This document shows positions 58,356 to 64,000 of a stretch of DNA of 64,000 nucleotides, one piece after another; position 1 is the stretch's first letter, and every line of letters starts with the position of its first letter. Made by a program: the position numbers and the translations under genes. The DNA comes from Candidatus Omnitrophota bacterium (GTDB taxonomy: Bacteria; Omnitrophota; Gorgyraeia; JAHJTE01): the NCBI GenBank assembly GCA_018830005.1, contig JAHJTE010000003.1, positions 71,674 to 135,673 of the forward strand. The letters are read 5' to 3'. The notes below the pieces were generated by a model. That model was given only the letters and a program-made list of their open reading frames with translations. It was not told the origin of the DNA and made no database searches.

Positions 58356-60320
58356 CTACTCGTACCTTAATGCCTCTATAGGATCAAGCTTGGACGCCTG
58401 TCGTGCGGGCCAAAGGCCAAAGCCTATGCCTATAGCAATAGAAAATGTTGTGGCAAGCACAATAGATAAGCCTGAAACCTTTGTTGTCCAGTCAGCAAGG
58501 ATTGATAAAAGCCAAGCTATGCACCAGCCAAACACAATCCCGGCTATGCCGCCGATAAAAGTCAAAACTACCGACTCTATAAGGAATTGAGCCATTATAT
58601 CTGTTCTGCGCGCTCCCACTGCCTTACGCAGGCCTATCTCTCTTGTGCGCTCGGTTACAGAAACAAGCATAATGTTCATAATGCCTATACCACCTACTAA
58701 AAGAGAAATTGCCGCAATAGAACCCAAAAGCCAGGTCATTGTCTTAGTTGTACTCTCTAAGGTCTCCTGAATCTCAGCCATATTGCGAATTTCAAATGAA
58801 TCTTCCCGGTCTTTATTAAGGCGTTGGCGTTTAATAATAAGTCCGCGTATCGCACTTTCAGCTTCTTCCATTAAACCAGCATCTTTAACCTCCACATCAA
58901 TTGAATCAACGTATTCTTTTCCTAAAAGCCTATACATTGCAGTGGTAATTGGAATAATGACTAAATCATCCTCGTCACGCCAGCCAGATGCCCCTTTCTC
59001 TGGTAAAATACCAATTACCTGAAAATTTATGCGATTTATCTTAATTCTTGCTCCAACTGGATTAGCATCTCCAAAGAGCTCTCTGGCTACTGTGGCCCCG
59101 AGCAAAACTACCTTTTGCCTTACTTTTAATTCTTCTTCTGTAAAAAATCTGCCAATGCTAGGGGAAGAAGCACGCATTGAGGCATAATCTATCCCTGTGC
59201 CCTGAACCTGTGTATTCCAGTTCTTATTGCCATAAACGAGTTGAGCGCGGCCTGAAACCCGAGGAGAAACATTTTTCACCTGAGGCAGTTTAACCATAGC
59301 ATCTGCATCTTGCATAGTAAAACGAGTAACTGCTCCTGTTTCCAAGGCTACCCCATGCATTCGATGAGAGCCAGGCCTCACCGCTAAAAGATTTGAACCC
59401 AGAGAAGCTAATCTTTCTGCAATAGACTCTTTTGCTCCCTGGCCAAGAGCAAGCATAGCAATTACTGCTGATACACCTATAAGAATACCCAGCATAGAAA
59501 GAAAAGAGCGCATTTTATGAGAAATAATAGCATTCTTTGCCTGACGAAAATGGTCTATAAATTCAGCTCTTCCTGAGTAAACTTGAGATTGAGCCAATAT
59601 ATTGTCTAAAGTAATCTTTTGGTCTAGAGGAAAAGGCGTCTCTGACTTCTCGCCTATTCTTTCATCAGAGACAATCCTGCCATCGCGCATCTGAATAATT
59701 CTTTTTGCATGCTCAGCGATTTCTCTTTCATGTGTAACAATAATAATGGTTTTGCCTTTTTGATTCAGGCGTTTCAAAATGGAAATAATCTCTTCTTCGG
59801 TCTTTGTATCCAGATTTCCTGTTGGCTCATCAGCTAAAATAATCAGGGGATCATTGACTAAAGAACGGGCAATGGCTACTCGTTGCTGCTCTCCGCCGGA
59901 AAGCTCATTTGGTCTATGCAACTGCCTCCCAGATAGACCGACTTCTTCTATTCTTTGTTTTGCCTTTTCTTTTAACTGCTGTTTGCCTGCATAAATCAAA
60001 GGAAGCTCTGCATTTTCCAACGCAGTCATTCTGGCAAGCAAATGAAATTGCTGAAAGACAAAACCGACTAAACGAGTCCTCAAAATAGCTAATTCATCAT
60101 CAGTAAGTTTGGTTATATCTTGCCTACCTAAGTAGTATGAGCCTGAATCAGGCCGATCTAGGAAACCTAATATATGCATTAGCGTGGATTTACCTGAACC
60201 TGAAGGCCCGATAATAGCCACAAATTCTCCGGGGGTAATTTTTAAGGATACATCCTGCAGTGCCCGCACCCCTATCTTACCAGTCATATAAGTCTTATTT
60301 ATATTCTTTAACTCTATCAT
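58356..60320 (-). CDS. macB: MacB-family ABC transporter (ATPase plus permease)
   Basis: [47 protein letters not shown]; start moved to MIELKN. Confidence 0.93.
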   Translation of the reverse strand: MIELKNINKTYMTGKIGVRALQDVSLKITPGEFVAIIGPSGSGKSTLMHILGFLDRPDSGSYYLGRQDITKLTDDELAILRTRLVGFVFQQFHLLARMTALENAELPLIYAGKQQLKEKAKQRIEEVGLSGRQLHRPNELSGGEQQRVAIARSLVNDPLIILADEPTGNLDTKTEEEIISILKRLNQKGKTIIIVTHEREIAEHAKRIIQMRDGRIVSDERIGEKSETPFPLDQKITLDNILAQSQVYSGRAEFIDHFRQAKNAIISHKMRSFLSMLGILIGVSAVIAMLALGQGAKESIAERLASLGSNLLAVRPGSHRMHGVALETGAVTRFTMQDADAMVKLPQVKNVSPRVSGRAQLVYGNKNWNTQVQGTGIDYASMRASSPSIGRFFTEEELKVRQKVVLLGATVARELFGDANPVGARIKINRINFQVIGILPEKGASGWRDEDDLVIIPITTAMYRLLGKEYVDSIDVEVKDAGLMEEAESAIRGLIIKRQRLNKDREDSFEIRNMAEIQETLESTTKTMTWLLGSIAAISLLVGGIGIMNIMLVSVTERTREIGLRKAVGARRTDIMAQFLIESVVLTFIGGIAGIVFGWCIAWLLSILADWTTKVSGLSIVLATTFSIAIGIGFGLWPARQASKLDPIEALRYE

Positions 60321-60351
60321 AACCTTATTAATTCTTAAGATAAATAGATTA

Positions 60352-61314
60352 TCATTTTTTTCTGCCAAAAGGCATAAAAGGATTGCTCTTTGAGTTTGCG
60401 TTTTGTACAGGGAGGTATTTTTCGGTCTTAATTATTATCTTATCCTTTTGAGTCAACCCTGAGATAACCTCAATATTAGTCTCATCAAAAATGCCAAGTT
60501 CAACTATTTGTTTAACAGGCCGTTTACTTCTATCCTGCCTCAAGAGGACAAAACTTTCATCCTTATCCCGGTTAACTGCCTCAAGAGGTATAATTAAAAT
60601 ATCTTCTTTGCCTGTCTCTATGATATCCACACTCGCGCTCATGCCCGAACGAAACACTTCCGGCACCTTTTCCGGAAGGATATCTACCTCATAAATAGTA
60701 ACATTGTTAACAACCTTAGATTCATAGGATATATGATCGACCTTTGCTTTTACTTTAATTTTAGGGTATGCATCCAGGCTAATAACTGCCTCTTGACCAA
60801 GCTTTACCTTCCCGATATCAGTCTCATCTACCTGGGCCTTAACAATGAGTCGGTCTGATAATACAATTATGGCATCGCTGGATGTAACCGTCTGGCCCGG
60901 CTCAACCGCCCTTACAATTACCTCTCCGTCAATGGGAGCAATAAGCGGGGTAGGCTTATAAACCTCCTGCCAATACTTTAAAATCTCTTCATCCTGTGCC
61001 CTAGCAGTATCTAAAAGTGCAGCTCTTTCTGTTGAGCTCATCCAGGCTAGAATCTGACCAACTTTTACTTTCTCGCCTTCTTTAAACAAAATTTCTTCAA
61101 TCCGACCGCTAATCGGCGGTTTTATTTCTAAGCGATTCTGAGGCTCTACTACGCCAGTGGTAGAGATAAAATTCTGGATATTGCCAAATGAGGGACTTAT
61201 CTCTCCGGTAACTTCACCAGAGGATTTATTTTGCCTTACCTTTATTATTAAAATTGCTGAAATTACCAAAATAATTAGCAAACTAAGAAAGATTTTCAAT
61301 TTATTACCCGTCAT
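60352..61314 (-). CDS. Periplasmic adaptor (MacA-like)
   Basis: N-terminal TM, lipoyl half motifs (ISGRIEEI, APIDGEV), VDETDIGKVKLGQ. Confidence 0.88.
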   Translation of the reverse strand: MTGNKLKIFLSLLIILVISAILIIKVRQNKSSGEVTGEISPSFGNIQNFISTTGVVEPQNRLEIKPPISGRIEEILFKEGEKVKVGQILAWMSSTERAALLDTARAQDEEILKYWQEVYKPTPLIAPIDGEVIVRAVEPGQTVTSSDAIIVLSDRLIVKAQVDETDIGKVKLGQEAVISLDAYPKIKVKAKVDHISYESKVVNNVTIYEVDILPEKVPEVFRSGMSASVDIIETGKEDILIIPLEAVNRDKDESFVLLRQDRSKRPVKQIVELGIFDETNIEVISGLTQKDKIIIKTEKYLPVQNANSKSNPFMPFGRKK

Positions 61315-62572
61315 AGTCTAATGTTCCTCCTTTTGCCTGAATCCAACTAGCCTCAGCTACCAACAAGTTAGCTAAAGTGTCAAGATAGGCTTTTTTGACA
61401 CTAACAACATTATCCTCAATTATAATCCAGTCATTAAAACTGATTAGTCCTGTTGAATACTGGGCATTTGCTATTTTTGCCCGCTCCTGGGCAGCCTCAA
61501 GAAATTTCTTCTTCACTGAAACGCTATCTTTTGAATCTTGGAAGTTTTTCCAAGTCTGTTCTAATGTCAAAATAACAGTATCTCGACCGCTTCTTTCATC
61601 TGCCTTGGCTTGTTTTAACTTAGATTTCGCTTTCTCAAAAGCAGCTATTCTACTTCCTCCTTCAAATAAAGGAAAAGATACTGTAATACCTGCTGACCAT
61701 TCATCATTTTCTGGAGGCCAATCTGATGCGGTCTTGCCGGCAGAAGTATTTAAATAAACCTCTGGAAAAAAATCAGCCTTGCTAGATTCCAGGTCAAACC
61801 TAACAGCCTCTTTCTTGGCAATAAGTTCTTTCAAAAAAGGAGTATTATCAGCTAAATACTCGAAATCGCACTTTTCGCTATCAGTGTCTGCAATTTCAAA
61901 ACCTCCCTTTACTTTAACAGGAGAAAAATTCTCCCGCCCTAACTCTTTTGTCAACTGTCTTTGCGCCAGAGAAAGATTCCGTTTAGCCTGCGCCACTTCA
62001 AATTCTGCTTGCGCTAAATCTGCCTGTGCAGTCAAGAGCGCTCCTTTATGCTCCCTGCCGGCTTCATACCTTAACTGAACCAACTCTAAATTCTGTTTTC
62101 TTCTCTTGGCAATCTCCTCAGTAAGAGAGATGAGTTCTTGCGCTCGTAAAAGCGTAGAAAAGGCGTTCCTTAGATTAAGCCTTATATCCGAAGAAACAAC
62201 TGCATAGTTATATCCTTGAGCACTTAAGTTTCTCGATGCAGCAGAAATATCAGCGGAAGTCTTAAAACCATCAAATAATAACTGCTTACCAGTTATGCTA
62301 TATGAATAGGTATCAGCCTCGTCTCTGGTAGCTGTTTTTGACCTTTTGCCGCTTATCTCAGTATTAATCTGGGGTAACGCATCGCTTTTGGTGATTGCCT
62401 TATCTGAGTGTGACTGGTTTAACTTCTCTCTCGCTGAAATAAGGTCAGGATGATTCTCTCTTGCCTGTCTAACGCAATCTTTCCACGTGAACACCTCTTC
62501 TGCGCTAGAGTTACCAAGAATAAAACAAATAAATAATAATGCGGCTATAAAAAACTTTAAATATTTAGTCAT
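61304..62572 (-). CDS. TolC-family outer-membrane efflux protein
   Basis: Signal peptide, ENHPDL, QLLFDGF, RYEAG, FPLFEGG. Confidence 0.9.
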   Translation of the reverse strand: MTKYLKFFIAALLFICFILGNSSAEEVFTWKDCVRQARENHPDLISAREKLNQSHSDKAITKSDALPQINTEISGKRSKTATRDEADTYSYSITGKQLLFDGFKTSADISAASRNLSAQGYNYAVVSSDIRLNLRNAFSTLLRAQELISLTEEIAKRRKQNLELVQLRYEAGREHKGALLTAQADLAQAEFEVAQAKRNLSLAQRQLTKELGRENFSPVKVKGGFEIADTDSEKCDFEYLADNTPFLKELIAKKEAVRFDLESSKADFFPEVYLNTSAGKTASDWPPENDEWSAGITVSFPLFEGGSRIAAFEKAKSKLKQAKADERSGRDTVILTLEQTWKNFQDSKDSVSVKKKFLEAAQERAKIANAQYSTGLISFNDWIIIEDNVVSVKKAYLDTLANLLVAEASWIQAKGGTLDYDG

Positions 62573-62573
62573 T

Positions 62574-62819
62574 TTATTTACTTTTTTTAGAAAGTTCTTT
62601 CTTTAATGCTGAAATGTGTTGTTCAAAATGCTGCAGGAACCGGGCAATACGTTCAGCAGGGATAAAGCTGATTATTTCTTTACGGCCAGGAGGCCCTGAT
62701 ATCACAATCAATTGGTCGCCGGGTTTGATGTCAAGCACCTTTCTCGCTTTCATAGGAATAACTACCTGCCCTCTTGTCCCCATTGTGACTGTTCCATATA
62801 CCTGGTGTGAGTTTTTCAT
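62574..62819 (-). CDS. AbrB/MazE/SpoVT-family regulator
   Basis: YGTVTMGTRGQVVIPMKARKVLDIKPGDQL. Confidence 0.9.
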   Translation of the reverse strand: MKNSHQVYGTVTMGTRGQVVIPMKARKVLDIKPGDQLIVISGPPGRKEIISFIPAERIARFLQHFEQHISALKKELSKKSK

Positions 62820-62857
62820 GCCTGCCCCCTTAATTTAAAATATTCCCTCTATATCAT

Positions 62858-62915
62858 TAGTATGAAAAGTATGATTTATCATACAAATCATACTATGGAT
62901 TTCTACCCCTGTCAA
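62858..62915 (-). promoter_or_regulatory. Sigma70 promoter with an overlapping four-box operator
   Basis: TTGACA-N17-TATGAT on the minus strand; gtatga-aaa-gtatga-ttta-tcatac-aaa-tcatac at 62860-62893. Confidence 0.8.
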
Positions 62916-62958
62916 GTAATTCAAATAAAAAGCCCACCTTTTTCAAGATGGGCTGAAT

Positions 62959-63056
62959 TGACTCCCTCCTATAGAATCGAAAGATTCTACAAGACTAATC
63001 CTGTAAAAATCTCCGATTTTTATAGGGCCTATTGAACGACTTTCGCAACTGGTTGG
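62959..63056. repeat. Double-hairpin repeat, copy C, within an att-like scar
   Basis: Near-identical to copy B, same 61-bp insert and same orientation. Confidence 0.85.
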
Positions 63057-63165
63057 GATCAAAGAAGGGTAAAAAGATGGTAAAAGAGCTGGTTTTTATT
63101 GGTTAAACTGCTCCTTTACTTTGGGGGCGGGTGAGTATTCCAGATTCCAAAGGCAGTTGCCTTAT

Positions 63166-63264
63166 TTATTCTTTCTTATCGGTTTTGCAACAAGATTTAC
63201 AGAACTTCTTGCACAATAATAAACAAACTACCAATACTATTATAACTACTAAGGCTATTTTCAT
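63166..63264 (-). CDS. 32-aa TM peptide with a Cys-rich tail (not in the ORF track)
   Basis: MKIALVVIIVLVVCLLLCKKFCKSCCKTDKKE; AGGAGGAG RBS. Confidence 0.65.
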   Translation of the reverse strand: MKIALVVIIVLVVCLLLCKKFCKSCCKTDKKE

Positions 63265-63312
63265 TTCTCCTCCTTTTTCCCAATTATACCACTTCCATTT
63301 CAAAATGGCACA

Positions 63313-63351
63313 CAAAAAACCCTCTGTAATATATTCTATCACAGTGGGTTA
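63313..63351 (-). terminator. Terminator-like hairpin
   Basis: aaccctctgtaata...tatcacagtgggtt with an adjacent A-run. Confidence 0.65.
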
Positions 63352-63446
63352 GAATAGCAACTCCTCTTCGTCAACGAGCTTAGAACTTTTTGTGCTATCA
63401 GTCAAGGAGAAATTGCAGCTTTTTCTTGTTTCTTTTAAAATTTTTT

Positions 63447-64000
63447 TCAAACAGGGACGATGCTTTTCCCTTTAAGGGCCTTCTTAATAAGCCTGTATAG
63501 TTCTTTCAAAGAATCGACCTTTATCAAACAACCCTGAGAGACAATACTTATCTCCCCTCTTTCCTCTGAAACTACTAGAGCAATGGCATCCGTCTTTTCC
63601 GTAATCCCTATTGCCGAACGATGACGCGTACCAATTCCCATAGGAACTTCGGTATCTGTTCTAATAGAAAGGATTGCTTTAACCCTTCTAATGCGGCCAT
63701 TAAAAATAACTACTGCCCCATCGTGAACAGGTGAAGCCGAAGAAAATAAAGCGATAACTATTTCACTCTTAATTTGTGCATCAAAAAGAATACCACTGTC
63801 CATATATTCATCTAGTTTATCTTTTCTTCTAAGAATTATTAATACGCCTACCTTACGACTTGCTAAAAACTCCATCGCTTTGCAGATTTCCAACAGGTAA
63901 TCAGGTAGTTGCATACTAAAATCCTTACCTGTTAAAATGCTACGTTTAATTCTTAAGAAAATCTCTAGCATGATATCAATCACTATAGCTACTGCTGCTG
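63447..64000 (-). CDS. Diadenylate cyclase (DisA_N/DAC domain); 5' end probably outside the window
   Basis: SPVHDGAVV and GTRHRSAIG catalytic motifs; VVSEERG. Confidence 0.9.
   Translation of the reverse strand, partial: AAVAIVIDIMLEIFLRIKRSILTGKDFSMQLPDYLLEICKAMEFLASRKVGVLIILRRKDKLDEYMDSGILFDAQIKSEIVIALFSSASPVHDGAVVIFNGRIRRVKAILSIRTDTEVPMGIGTRHRSAIGITEKTDAIALVVSEERGEISIVSQGCLIKVDSLKELYRLIKKALKGKSIVPV

Noticed and set aside
62574-62819. MazE/VapB antitoxin of a TA pair
   Set aside because: The downstream gene is TolC, not a toxin.
55676-63393. Repeats as a CRISPR array or intact tRNAs
   Set aside because: Spacing is 0.4-6 kb and irregular, there are no cas genes, and no full cloverleaf or T-loop GTTCGA is present.
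63447-64000. Functional link between the diadenylate cyclase and the CBS antiporter
   Set aside because: The genes are 38 kb apart and no sequence evidence connects them.

Overview
AT-rich bacterial chromosomal window with about 60 genes, mostly on the minus strand. Gene content and style suggest Candidatus Omnitrophota or a similar uncultured anaerobe, but this is an inference. From left to right: hflK (partial), a macrodomain gene, a four-gene minor-pilin cassette, a polyamine operon with two SpeD-like paralogues, a sugar ABC transporter, a radical SAM gene, rlpA, an Rrf2-metY-cysK-metX-metW operon, an apparent operon encoding a cNMP-patatin, an SDR, an EF-G carrying an N-terminal TM helix plus coiled coil, and ArsC. 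These are followed by a fluoride-riboswitch-like leader on a CPA2-CBS antiporter, a TPP-riboswitch thi4, a NikR-controlled Ni/Co ECF uptake locus, pckG, and a 17-kb glycogen/trehalose cluster (three GH57 genes, glgA, GalT-like, malQ, treT) that contains a ParA ATPase fused to a glycogen-binding CBM48 domain. The last 8.7 kb is mosaic, with small Zn-ribbon genes, rlmN, macAB-tolC and a diadenylate cyclase separated by related att-like scars and double-hairpin repeats. The best candidates for undescribed biology are (1) a putative ParA-CBM48 glycogen-granule positioning system, (2) a membrane-tethered EF-G and (3) the att-scar/hairpin array. No rRNA, intact tRNA, CRISPR array or transposase was recognised. 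All family calls come from motif recognition by eye; no searches were run.
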